Of a stretch of 64,000 nucleotides of DNA, positions 27,411 to 36,568 are shown piece by piece. Location: the NCBI GenBank assembly GCA_036388535.1, contig DASVRQ010000051.1, forward strand, positions 784-64,783, in the 5' to 3' direction. Position numbers and translations under genes: made by a program. The notes beneath the pieces were generated by a model. That model was given only the letters and a program-made list of their open reading frames with translations. It was not told where the DNA came from and searched no databases. The stretch is from Flavobacterium sp. Lineage in GTDB: Bacteria > Bacteroidota > Bacteroidia > Flavobacteriales > Flavobacteriaceae. Position 1 is the stretch's first letter. Every line of letters starts with the position of its first letter.

Positions 27411-28817
27411 ATGTCGTCTCACTACGAAGCACCCATTAGAAAACCTTTAGTTATAGGTGATAAATCTTATCACGATGTAACAGTAGATGTAGCCGCGCCT
27501 GTTGAAGGACGAGCCAACAAACAATGGTGGATTGTATTTTCAATCGCATTAGCCGCATTCCTTTGGGGACTTGGCTGCATCATATATACAGTTTCTACAG
27601 GAATCGGGGTTTGGGGTTTGAATAAAACAGTTGGTTGGGCTTGGGATATCACGAACTTCGTTTGGTGGGTTGGTATCGGTCACGCCGGAACATTGATCTC
27701 TGCGGTACTATTGCTATTCCGTCAAAGATGGAGAATGGCGATCAACCGATCTGCGGAAGCAATGACGATCTTCTCCGTAATCCAGGCAGGTTTATTCCCG
27801 ATCATTCACATGGGCCGTCCATGGTTAGCATACTGGGTTTTACCGATTCCAAATCAATTCGGATCACTTTGGGTCAACTTCAACTCGCCACTTCTTTGGG
27901 ACGTATTTGCAATCTCGACCTACCTTTCGGTATCCTTGGTTTTCTGGTGGACAGGTTTGCTTCCCGATTTCGCAATGCTCCGTGACCGCGCTGTAACACC
28001 TTTTACAAAAAGAGTATATTCAATATTAAGCTTCGGATGGAGCGGACGTGCAAAAGACTGGCAACGTTTTGAGGAAGTTTCCCTTGTACTTGCAGGTTTG
28101 GCAACTCCGCTTGTACTTTCGGTACACACGATTGTATCCTTTGACTTTGCTACGTCGGTTATCCCGGGATGGCATACGACGATCTTCCCGCCATACTTCG
28201 TTGCCGGTGCGGTATTCTCTGGATTTGCGATGGTAAACACGTTGCTTATCATCATGAGGAAAGTATCGAACCTTGAAGCATATATCACAATACAGCACAT
28301 CGAGTTGATGAACATCGTAATCATGATTACAGGTTCTATAGTAGGTGTTGCTTATATCACAGAACTATTTGTTGCATGGTATTCAGGAGTTGAATACGAG
28401 CAATATGCTTTCCTTAACAGGGCAACAGGTCCTTACTGGTGGGCTTACTGGTCGATGATGACCTGCAACGTTTTCTCTCCACAGTTCATGTGGTTCAAAA
28501 AATTGCGTACAAGCATTATGTTCTCTTTCATCATTTCGATTGTCGTAAACATCGGGATGTGGTTTGAGCGATTCGTGATCATCGTCACATCATTACACCG
28601 TGATTACCTTCCGTCATCATGGACAATGTTCTCACCAACATTTGTCGACATCGGAATCTTCATCGGAACCATCGGATTCTTCTTTGTATTGTTCCTTTTA
28701 TATGCAAGGACATTCCCTGTAATTGCACAGGCTGAGGTTAAAACGATCTTGAAAACATCTGGAGAATATTTCAAAAAACGCAGAGACGAAAACAAAAATT
28801 CACATCATGAGCACTAA
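27411..28817 (+). CDS. actC: Alternative complex III subunit ActC (NrfD/PsrC family)
   Basis: WAWDITNFVWWVGIGHAGTLIS, SPLLWDVFA, WFERFVII. Confidence 0.95.
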   Translation: MSSHYEAPIRKPLVIGDKSYHDVTVDVAAPVEGRANKQWWIVFSIALAAFLWGLGCIIYTVSTGIGVWGLNKTVGWAWDITNFVWWVGIGHAGTLISAVLLLFRQRWRMAINRSAEAMTIFSVIQAGLFPIIHMGRPWLAYWVLPIPNQFGSLWVNFNSPLLWDVFAISTYLSVSLVFWWTGLLPDFAMLRDRAVTPFTKRVYSILSFGWSGRAKDWQRFEEVSLVLAGLATPLVLSVHTIVSFDFATSVIPGWHTTIFPPYFVAGAVFSGFAMVNTLLIIMRKVSNLEAYITIQHIELMNIVIMITGSIVGVAYITELFVAWYSGVEYEQYAFLNRATGPYWWAYWSMMTCNVFSPQFMWFKKLRTSIMFSFIISIVVNIGMWFERFVIIVTSLHRDYLPSSWTMFSPTFVDIGIFIGTIGFFFVLFLLYARTFPVIAQAEVKTILKTSGEYFKKRRDENKNSHHEH

Positions 28818-29334
28818 TAAAGTTATTTACGCCATTTATAATGATGATGATGTTTTGATGGAGGCCGTTTATAAAACGCGCGCCGCTCATCATCACATCG
28901 AGGAGATTTTTACTCCGTTCCCGGTTCACGGGCTCGATAAAGCAATGGGTCTTGCGCCAACACGATTGGCAATCTGTTCTTTTATTTACGGATGCCTCGG
29001 ACTTTCAGTAGCTACATGGATGATGAATCTTATCATGATCCAGGATTGGCCTCAGGATATTGGTGGTAAACCCAGTTTCACCTATCTTCAGAATATGCCG
29101 GCTTTTGTTCCGGTAATGTTTGAGATGACCGTATTTTTTGCAGCTCACTTAATGGTAATCACCTTTTACATGAGAAGTAAATTATGGCCGTTCAAACAGG
29201 CTGAAAACCCTGATGTAAGAACTACTGATGATCATTTCCTAATGGAAGTTGCGGTCAGAAATAACGAAGAAGAGCTTGTTTCTTTTTTCCAGAATACCGG
29301 TGCGGTAGAAGTAAAAGTAATTGAAAAGCATTAA
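28807..29334 (+). CDS. actD: Alternative complex III subunit ActD (DUF3341)
   Basis: FTPFPVHGLDKAMG, GGKP, two TM helices; position after actC. Confidence 0.92.
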   Translation: MSTNKVIYAIYNDDDVLMEAVYKTRAAHHHIEEIFTPFPVHGLDKAMGLAPTRLAICSFIYGCLGLSVATWMMNLIMIQDWPQDIGGKPSFTYLQNMPAFVPVMFEMTVFFAAHLMVITFYMRSKLWPFKQAENPDVRTTDDHFLMEVAVRNNEEELVSFFQNTGAVEVKVIEKH

Positions 29335-29342
29335 CATCAGAT

Positions 29343-29894
29343 ATGAAAAGGGTATATAAAATAGCACTTTTAATTGGTATCAGTATCGGGATTTCGTCTT
29401 GCCACAGTAATACGGCAGAGCGAAATGTGGAATACATGCCAAACATGTACGAGTCGGTTGCCTACGAAACCTATACCGAGGCGGATGCTTTCAGAGGCGG
29501 CGTATCAGCGCAGGTTCCTCCTGCAGGTACAATCAAACAGGGTTTTGTTCCATACGAATTGCCAAACACCAATGAAGGATACGAGCAATCAAAGGCCGTT
29601 ACCCGTTCTGCGCTGGATTCTACAGCCGTTGCCGATATGGAAAAAGCGAAAGGCCTATTCGATATCTATTGTGCAATCTGCCACGGTACAGCCGGAGACG
29701 GACAAGGTAAGTTGGTAAAACAGCAAAAATTTCTTGGAGTGCCGAGTTACAAAGACAGGGTAATTACAGTCGGAAGCGTATTCCATGTTGAAACTTATGG
29801 TTTAAACGCAATGGGTTCTTACGCAAACCAACTGACACCAAACGAACGCTGGTTAGTCGCCGAATACGTGATGAAACTGAAGAGCGAATTATAA
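29343..29894 (+). CDS. actE: Alternative complex III subunit ActE (monoheme cytochrome c lipoprotein)
   Basis: ISSC lipobox, YMPNM, CAICH, distal Met in NAMGSY. Confidence 0.92.
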   Translation: MKRVYKIALLIGISIGISSCHSNTAERNVEYMPNMYESVAYETYTEADAFRGGVSAQVPPAGTIKQGFVPYELPNTNEGYEQSKAVTRSALDSTAVADMEKAKGLFDIYCAICHGTAGDGQGKLVKQQKFLGVPSYKDRVITVGSVFHVETYGLNAMGSYANQLTPNERWLVAEYVMKLKSEL

Positions 29895-29921
29895 TTGTAG
29901 AACAAACTGATCGTAATAGAT

Positions 29922-31568
29922 ATGTATACACTTTCAAGTAAATTAAAAACTTTTTCCCTTATCCTGATGGTACTAGGTATTCTTGGGATAGGATATGGTT
30001 TTTTAACTGCACCAAAAACTGTTCAGGATGTTGAAGCAATGCTCAAAGCTGAAGAGCAAGCCGGACATGGTCACGGAGCTGGTCATGGCCCGCAGGTTCA
30101 GCACGATATTAAAGACGACACTGAAATTGACAATCCTGCAAAATATCAAACCGGAGGCGAAACGCATTCAACAGGAACAGGCGTTCATGATGCTTCCGCA
30201 AAGGGGCTAAATGAGACCACTGGCGCTCCTGCTGCAGAAGATACCACCGGAACTCCAGCTTCTGCACAATCTGCTGGTAGTACAGCCGCTGCAATGGAAC
30301 AATCTGCTTCGGCTACACAAGCAACGCAACAAACTGCGCCTGCTCAAACTGAAATGCATCATCAAGCAGTTCCTGCGCAGACAGAAATGCACCACCAAGC
30401 TGTTGGCGCTGACCATGTTTCAGCCGCTGACGCTCATAAAGAACACGAAGAACATGTGTTGCACGTCTTGCACCAATTGCAGAACAAGCCTTGGGCTGCG
30501 GTCTATGTTGCTTGTATCTTCTTTATGTTGCTCACAATGGGAGTATTAGCTTTCTACGCGATTCAACAAGTCGCGCAAGCGGGATGGTCGCCGGTACTAT
30601 TCCGTGTCATGCAGGGAATTACCGCTTATCTGCTACCAGGTTCGATTATCTTCTTTATTTTATTGCTGCTTTCAGGTTTTCATGCTAACCACCTTTTCGT
30701 ATGGATGGCAGATGGAATAACAGATCCTGCAAGTGCAAATTACGACAAACTGATCGCCAATAAATCAGGATACTTAAATGTTCCATTTTGGCTGATCCGT
30801 GCTGCGATTTTCCTTGCCGGATGGAACTTATACCGTTTCTATTCAAGAAGGAATTGTCTTGCCCAGGATGATGCCGATCACGATCTTAACTACAAAAAGA
30901 ATTTTAAGATGTCGGCCGGATTTCTTGTGTTCTTCATCGTAACCGAATCTATAATGTCATGGGATTGGATTATGTCGGTTGACCCACACTGGTTCAGTAC
31001 ATTGTTCGGATGGTATGTGTTCGCAAGTTTCTTCGTTAGCGGAATCACAACAATTACGATGGTGACACTGTACCTGAAATCAAAAGGATATTTGGAATAT
31101 GTCAATACGAGCCATCTTCATGATTTGGCAAAATTCATGTTCGGTATCAGTGTTTTCTGGACATACCTTTGGTTCTCACAGTTCATGCTTATATGGTATG
31201 CAAACATTCCTGAGGAGGTAACGTACTTCGTAACACGTATTGAACAATATAACCTTCCGTTCTTTGGTGCGGTCGTCATGAACTTCATTTTCCCGATTTT
31301 GATCTTGGTCAATACCGACTTCAAGCGTGTTACATGGATTCTGGTTATGGCTGGCGTGGTGATCTTAGCTGGTCATTATATTGACTTCTTCAATATGATC
31401 ATGCCTGCAACTGTTGGTGACCGATGGTTTATCGGTGCAGCCGAGATCGGTGCCGTTCTTTTCTTCCTGGGCCTATTTATCTTTATAGTATTCAGCGCGC
31501 TTACGAAAGCGCCACTATTACCAAAAAGAAACCCGTTCATCGAGGAAAGTAAACATTTTCATTATTAA
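29922..31568 (+). CDS. actF: Alternative complex III subunit ActF
   Basis: WDWIMSVDPHWFSTLFG, HLHDLAKF, YLWFSQFMLIWYANIPEE; long His/Ala-rich loop after TM1. Confidence 0.92.
   Translation: MYTLSSKLKTFSLILMVLGILGIGYGFLTAPKTVQDVEAMLKAEEQAGHGHGAGHGPQVQHDIKDDTEIDNPAKYQTGGETHSTGTGVHDASAKGLNETTGAPAAEDTTGTPASAQSAGSTAAAMEQSASATQATQQTAPAQTEMHHQAVPAQTEMHHQAVGADHVSAADAHKEHEEHVLHVLHQLQNKPWAAVYVACIFFMLLTMGVLAFYAIQQVAQAGWSPVLFRVMQGITAYLLPGSIIFFILLLLSGFHANHLFVWMADGITDPASANYDKLIANKSGYLNVPFWLIRAAIFLAGWNLYRFYSRRNCLAQDDADHDLNYKKNFKMSAGFLVFFIVTESIMSWDWIMSVDPHWFSTLFGWYVFASFFVSGITTITMVTLYLKSKGYLEYVNTSHLHDLAKFMFGISVFWTYLWFSQFMLIWYANIPEEVTYFVTRIEQYNLPFFGAVVMNFIFPILILVNTDFKRVTWILVMAGVVILAGHYIDFFNMIMPATVGDRWFIGAAEIGAVLFFLGLFIFIVFSALTKAPLLPKRNPFIEESKHFHY
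30339..30404 (+). repeat. 33-nt tandem duplication encoding PAQTEMHHQAV twice
   Basis: Two 11-codon units with identical amino acids and six synonymous differences. Confidence 0.9.
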
Positions 31569-31586
31569 TATTTAAAGAAAGAACAG

Positions 31587-32765
31587 ATGAATAGTTTGTT
31601 GGTAATTGTAATCTTATTTTTATTGGCTATTGCCATTTGGCAGCTGACGAAGATATTCCATTTAACACAGGTTGGTGCGCACATAAACCGTTCAGAGGTT
31701 GCGTCCGACAAAGACAATAATACGCAAGGGTATTTAATGTTCGGTTATCTGGCCTTCCTTTACATATTCACAATATATGGCCTTTTCAAATGGAGCCATC
31801 TTATTTTAGGAACTGCAGCTTCCGATCACGGTGAGCTTATCGATAGTTTGATGAATATCACATGGGCACTTTTGTTCATTGTTCAGGCGATAACACAGGT
31901 TTTATTATATTACTTCTCGTTTAAGTATAGAGGCAAAGAAGGAAATAAAGCGTTATATTTTGCTGATAATGACCGATTGGAATTCATATGGAGTGTTATT
32001 CCGGCTATAGTTCTTGCTGGTTTGATCCTTTACGGATTATATGCTTGGACAAATATTATGTTCGTAAGCCAGGAAGATGATGACGTTATGATTGTTGAAG
32101 TCTATGCAAAGCAATTTAACTGGGAAATCCGCTACTCTGGAAAAGACAATGTTCTTGGAAAAGCAAACGTTCGTTATATTGAAGGTGTAAATACTATGGG
32201 TGTCGATCTTTCCGATCCTAATGCCCAGGACGACATCACGGCTACCGAACTGCATCTGCCAAAAGGGAAAAAGATACTCTTCAAATTCCGTTCACAAGAC
32301 GTTTTGCACTCGGCTTACATGCCGCACTTCAGGGCACAGATGAATGTTGTGCCAGGTATGGTTACACAATTTGCATTTACGCCAATTTTGACGACTCAGG
32401 AAATGAGGGATCTTCCTGAAATGGTGGAAAAAGTTTCGAACTTAAACCGAATCCGAACGCAAAAAAACAATTCGGCCGCAAGCGGAACAACACCACTTGA
32501 CCCGTACACTTTTGACTACCTGCTGCTTTGTAACAAGATTTGTGGTGCATCACACTATAATATGCAAATGAAGTTGGTTGTAGACGAACCTGAAGATTTT
32601 GCAGCATGGCTGTCATCAAAGCCTACAATTATTGAAAATGTGAAAGCAGCCACTGCTTCACCTGCAGCAATTGAAGGTACAGAAACTCCAGGCGATTCAT
32701 CAAAAGCGAGTGCTACGGCAGCGAAGGATTCTTCAGCAGTCGTATCAGCCGCTAAGGCAAAGTAA
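31587..32765 (+). CDS. ctaC: Cytochrome c oxidase subunit II (aa3 type)
   Basis: CuA ligands DVLH and CNKICGASHYNM; no fused cytochrome c. Confidence 0.95.
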   Translation: MNSLLVIVILFLLAIAIWQLTKIFHLTQVGAHINRSEVASDKDNNTQGYLMFGYLAFLYIFTIYGLFKWSHLILGTAASDHGELIDSLMNITWALLFIVQAITQVLLYYFSFKYRGKEGNKALYFADNDRLEFIWSVIPAIVLAGLILYGLYAWTNIMFVSQEDDDVMIVEVYAKQFNWEIRYSGKDNVLGKANVRYIEGVNTMGVDLSDPNAQDDITATELHLPKGKKILFKFRSQDVLHSAYMPHFRAQMNVVPGMVTQFAFTPILTTQEMRDLPEMVEKVSNLNRIRTQKNNSAASGTTPLDPYTFDYLLLCNKICGASHYNMQMKLVVDEPEDFAAWLSSKPTIIENVKAATASPAAIEGTETPGDSSKASATAAKDSSAVVSAAKAK

Positions 32766-32794
32766 TTAACTAAGAATATATAAAGTAGAAATAT

Positions 32795-34615
32795 ATGTCA
32801 GCAGTAGCTCACAACCTAGATCACGGACACGATCACGCTCACGACCACGACCACGACCACGAACACCACCATAAAGATACTTTTATCACTAAATATATCT
32901 TTAGTATCGACCATAAGATGATTGCTAAGCAATATCTTATCACAGGTATCATCATGGGATGTATCGGGGTTATGATGTCAATGCTTTTCAGGATGCAGTT
33001 GGCGTGGCCGGAAGAGTCATTCAAAATATTCAACTTCCTTTTAGGCGACAAATGGGCACCAAACGGTGTGATGACGAACGATATCTATCTTTCACTTGTC
33101 ACGATTCACGGTACGATCATGGTATTCTTTGTTTTGACAGCAGGTTTGAGCGGAACATTCAGTAACTTGTTGATCCCGCTTCAGATCGGTGCTCGTGATA
33201 TGGCATCTGGATTTCTGAATATGATTTCGTACTGGTTGTTCTTCCTTTCAAGTGTTGTAATGGTAAGCTCACTCTTCGTTGAAGCTGGCCCTGCAAATGC
33301 TGGTTGGACGATCTATCCGCCTTTGAGCGCACTTCCGCAGGCAATCGGTGGATCTGGAGCAGGTATGACCCTTTGGCTGGTTTCGATGGCTATCTTTATC
33401 GCATCTTCATTGATGGGTTCATTGAATTATGTCGTAACTGTTATCAACCTTCGTACAAAAGGTATGTCGATGACAAGATTGCCACTTACAATCTGGACGT
33501 TCTTCATTACTGCAGTTATTGGTATTCTTTCTTTCCCTGTTTTACTATCTGCAGCACTTTTGCTTTTAATGGACAGAAGTTTCGGAACATCATTTTTCCT
33601 TTCAGATATATATATCGCGGGAGAAGTACTCCACTACCAAGGTGGTTCACCTGTTCTTTTTGAGCACCTTTTCTGGTTCCTTGGACACCCGGAAGTTTAC
33701 ATCGTAATCCTTCCTGCAATGGGTCTTGTGTCAGAAGTTATGGCAACCAACGCCCGTAAACCGATTTTCGGTTACCGCGCAATGATCATGTCAATACTTG
33801 CAATTGCATTCCTCTCGACAATAGTTTGGGGTCACCACATGTTTATCTCAGGAATGAACCCATTCTTAGGATCAGTATTTACATTTACGACATTATTGAT
33901 TGCGATTCCATCGGCGGTAAAAGCATTTAACTGGATCACAACCCTGTGGAAAGGTAACCTTCAATTAAATCCTGGTATGTTGTTCGCCATCGCAATGGTT
34001 TCGACATTTATCACAGGAGGTCTTACAGGAATCATCCTTGGAGATAGTACACTTGATATCAACGTTCACGATACATACTTCGTTGTTGCTCACTTTCACC
34101 TCGTAATGGGTATCTCTGCACTTTACGGAATGTTCTGTGGAATCTACCACTGGTTCCCTAAAATGTACGGTAGAATGATGAACAAAAACCTTGGTTATGT
34201 CCACTTCTGGGTAACAACTGTTTGTGCTTACGGAGTATTTTTCCCAATGCACTTTATCGGACTTGCAGGTCTTCCAAGAAGATATTATTCTTACACGAAC
34301 TTCCCATTGTTTGACGATATGCAAGATATCAACGTGCTGATTACAATGTTTGCACTTGTAGGTGGTATTTTCCAATTGGTATTCCTTTACAATTTCTTCA
34401 GCAGCATTTTCTACGGAAAACGTACTGTTCAGAATCCGTGGAAATCAAATACATTGGAATGGACTGCGCCAATTGAGCATATCCACGGTAACTGGCCGGG
34501 TGAGATTCCTCACGTACACAGATGGCCGTATGATTACAGCAAGCCAGGACATGAAGAGGATTTTGTTCCGCAGAATGTTCCGCTGAAAGAAGGCGAAGAA
34601 GAACTACATCACTAG
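32795..34615 (+). CDS. ctaD: Cytochrome c oxidase subunit I (family A1)
   Basis: GHPEVY, WGHH, HDTYFVVAHFH; D-pathway Asp in GARDMA, K-pathway Lys in PSAVK. Confidence 0.97.
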   Translation: MSAVAHNLDHGHDHAHDHDHDHEHHHKDTFITKYIFSIDHKMIAKQYLITGIIMGCIGVMMSMLFRMQLAWPEESFKIFNFLLGDKWAPNGVMTNDIYLSLVTIHGTIMVFFVLTAGLSGTFSNLLIPLQIGARDMASGFLNMISYWLFFLSSVVMVSSLFVEAGPANAGWTIYPPLSALPQAIGGSGAGMTLWLVSMAIFIASSLMGSLNYVVTVINLRTKGMSMTRLPLTIWTFFITAVIGILSFPVLLSAALLLLMDRSFGTSFFLSDIYIAGEVLHYQGGSPVLFEHLFWFLGHPEVYIVILPAMGLVSEVMATNARKPIFGYRAMIMSILAIAFLSTIVWGHHMFISGMNPFLGSVFTFTTLLIAIPSAVKAFNWITTLWKGNLQLNPGMLFAIAMVSTFITGGLTGIILGDSTLDINVHDTYFVVAHFHLVMGISALYGMFCGIYHWFPKMYGRMMNKNLGYVHFWVTTVCAYGVFFPMHFIGLAGLPRRYYSYTNFPLFDDMQDINVLITMFALVGGIFQLVFLYNFFSSIFYGKRTVQNPWKSNTLEWTAPIEHIHGNWPGEIPHVHRWPYDYSKPGHEEDFVPQNVPLKEGEEELHH

Positions 34616-34621
34616 AAATAT

Positions 34622-34648
34622 AATGCCTTCCAATCGGGAGGCATTTTT
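34622..34648 (+). terminator. Intrinsic terminator of the act-cox operon
   Basis: AATGCCTTCC-AATC-GGGAGGCATTTTT. Confidence 0.85.
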
Positions 34649-34695
34649 CTTTTATAGCTTGTATATTTTTACTACTTTTAAGTAAACTGACTGCT

Positions 34696-34992
34696 ATGGA
34701 AAATACTTCTTTTGCTATTAATGAAAGTAAACGCCGTTTCGAACTGGAAATGGACGGAAAAGTTGCAATTATCGACTTCCAACTTCGCGATAATGAAATG
34801 ACACTTACGCATACCAAAGTTCCCGATGAACTGGAAGGGCAAGGTGTAGGCAAAAAGCTCGTGGAACACACATTGGAATTCATCAAAGATCATAATTACA
34901 CATTAGTTCCGCTTTGTCCTTTTGTGACCGTTTACATTAAGCGGCATCCGGAATGGAAAGATCTTTTAGCAGATGGTTACTCAATAAATTAA
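34696..34992 (+). CDS. Small GNAT N-acetyltransferase (YjdJ-like)
   Basis: HTKVPDELEGQGVG, LVPLCPFV. Confidence 0.88.
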   Translation: MENTSFAINESKRRFELEMDGKVAIIDFQLRDNEMTLTHTKVPDELEGQGVGKKLVEHTLEFIKDHNYTLVPLCPFVTVYIKRHPEWKDLLADGYSIN

Positions 34993-34997
34993 ATCCT

Positions 34998-35300
34998 ATG
35001 AAAGACCTTTCTCAAATCGAAGTAATCGACAATGTCACTGAATCACAATTTGAAATCGAAGTTGATGGACAGCTGGCTTTTATCGAATACATTATCAAAG
35101 AAGATAAAATATACCTGACACATACAAGTGTGCCAAAAGGTCTCGAAGGGCAAGGTGTGGGAACTGTTCTGGTGCAGAAGACCCTTGATCGGTTAACTGG
35201 AAAAGAGCTGGTTTTGCTTCCAATGTGTTCCTTCGTGGCTAACTATGTAAATGAAAATCCGAAATATCAATCATTGTTGTCGGACGGTTATCAGATGTAA
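34998..35300 (+). CDS. Small GNAT N-acetyltransferase (YjdJ-like), tandem paralogue
   Basis: [22 protein letters not shown]. Start moved to ATG 34998. Confidence 0.88.
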   Translation: MKDLSQIEVIDNVTESQFEIEVDGQLAFIEYIIKEDKIYLTHTSVPKGLEGQGVGTVLVQKTLDRLTGKELVLLPMCSFVANYVNENPKYQSLLSDGYQM

Positions 35301-35332
35301 CGCATTTAACAGATCGCAACATCCAATTTGGC

Positions 35333-35340
35333 TATATTTG
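35333..35340 (+). promoter_or_regulatory. Bacteroidota -7 box of ruvB
   Basis: TATATTTG four nucleotides before the ATG, implying a near-leaderless transcript. Confidence 0.55.
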
Positions 35341-35344
35341 CGAC

Positions 35345-36367
35345 ATGAATGATAATTTAGATCCGACAAACGCCAACTACAATCCCGAGGAGCTTGATCT
35401 TGAAAAAAGACTGCGGCCGCTTTCATTTGATGATTTTGCAGGCCAGGATCAGATTCTTGACAACCTAAAAGTTTTTGTTGCTGCAGCCAATCATCGTAAT
35501 GAAGCGCTTGATCACGCCCTTTTCCACGGCCCACCTGGGTTAGGAAAAACAACCCTCGCTAATATTTTGGCTAATGAACTTGGTGTCGGAATCAAAATTA
35601 CATCAGGCCCGGTTCTTGACAAACCCGGAGATCTTGCAGGCTTGCTCACAAACCTCGAAGAACGCGATGTACTTTTCATTGATGAAATCCATCGGTTGAG
35701 TCCTATTGTAGAGGAATACCTGTATTCAGCAATGGAAGATTTCAAGATTGATATTATGATCGAATCGGGGCCAAATGCGCGATCCGTTCAAATTAACCTG
35801 AATCCATTTACACTTGTTGGGGCAACAACAAGAAGTGGATTGCTGACTGCGCCAATGCGTGCACGGTTCGGGATCTCAAGCCGGCTCCAATATTACAATA
35901 CCGAGCTATTGACAACAATCGTCGAACGTTCTGCTTCGATATTCAAGATGCCCATTTCAATGGAAGCAGCAATAGAAATCGCAGGCAGGAGTCGGGGAAC
36001 ACCTCGTATCGCAAATGCGTTGTTACGCCGGGTTCGTGATTTTGCTCAAATCAAAGGCAACGGTAAAATTGATATCGAAATCGCTCGCTACGCTCTTCAG
36101 GCATTAAACGTCGATGCGCACGGACTTGACGAAATGGACAACAAAATCCTGATTACGATAATTGAAAAGTTCAAAGGTGGCCCAGTCGGATTGTCGACAT
36201 TGGCAACAGCTGTATCTGAAAGCAGCGAAACCATCGAAGAAGTCTACGAGCCATTCCTGATCCAGGAAGGTTTCATCATGCGAACACCACGCGGTAGGGA
36301 AGTCACCGAAAAGGCGTATAAGCATCTTGGGAAGATAAAGACGAACATACAAGGGGGCTTATTTTAA
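35345..36367 (+). CDS. ruvB: Holliday junction branch migration helicase RuvB
   Basis: [37 protein letters not shown]. Confidence 0.99.
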   Translation: MNDNLDPTNANYNPEELDLEKRLRPLSFDDFAGQDQILDNLKVFVAAANHRNEALDHALFHGPPGLGKTTLANILANELGVGIKITSGPVLDKPGDLAGLLTNLEERDVLFIDEIHRLSPIVEEYLYSAMEDFKIDIMIESGPNARSVQINLNPFTLVGATTRSGLLTAPMRARFGISSRLQYYNTELLTTIVERSASIFKMPISMEAAIEIAGRSRGTPRIANALLRRVRDFAQIKGNGKIDIEIARYALQALNVDAHGLDEMDNKILITIIEKFKGGPVGLSTLATAVSESSETIEEVYEPFLIQEGFIMRTPRGREVTEKAYKHLGKIKTNIQGGLF

Positions 36368-36373
36368 AATGAT

Positions 36374-36515
36374 AAGGTATAGGGTTTAAGGTGTAAGGTA
36401 TAGGCGAAGAACCTAAGTTGTTACTTGATTCTAAAATATCATGTAATAGCCCATACTATTTACTCAATACTCATAACTCACTGCCCAAAACCCTATACCC
36501 AATTCCTTACACCTT
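36374..36515. repeat. Two facing degenerate heptamer arrays between ruvB and queG
   Basis: Left AAGGTAT AGGGTTT AAGGTGT AAGGTAT; right ACTATTT ACTCAAT ACTCATA ACTCACT GCCCAAA ACCCTAT ACCCAAT TCCTTAC ACCTT. Confidence 0.7.
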
Positions 36516-36531
36516 TCTATAATACTCCGCG

Positions 36532-36539
36532 TATCTTTG
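36532..36539 (+). promoter_or_regulatory. Bacteroidota -7 box of queG
   Basis: TATCTTTG, 29 nt before TTG 36569. Confidence 0.6.
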
Positions 36540-36568
36540 CGTTTCTCTGTGAACCTCTGCGAAAAAAC

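Noticed and set aside
32795-34615. Reading subunit I as cbb3-type
   Set aside because: GHPEVY and intact D- and K-pathway residues plus a CuA-bearing subunit II indicate family A1.
36374-36515. Possible CRISPR or mini-array
   Set aside because: Units are 7 nt and degenerate with no unique spacers; no cas genes in the window.
36425-36568. 48-aa N-terminal extension of QueG in the ORF track
   Set aside because: Runs through the heptamer array and the -7 box; homology starts at TTG 36569. Similar over-long starts were trimmed for lacI, ankyrin, DUF2723, uspA, rimP, SPOR, GNAT2, deoC, SCO and permease 1.
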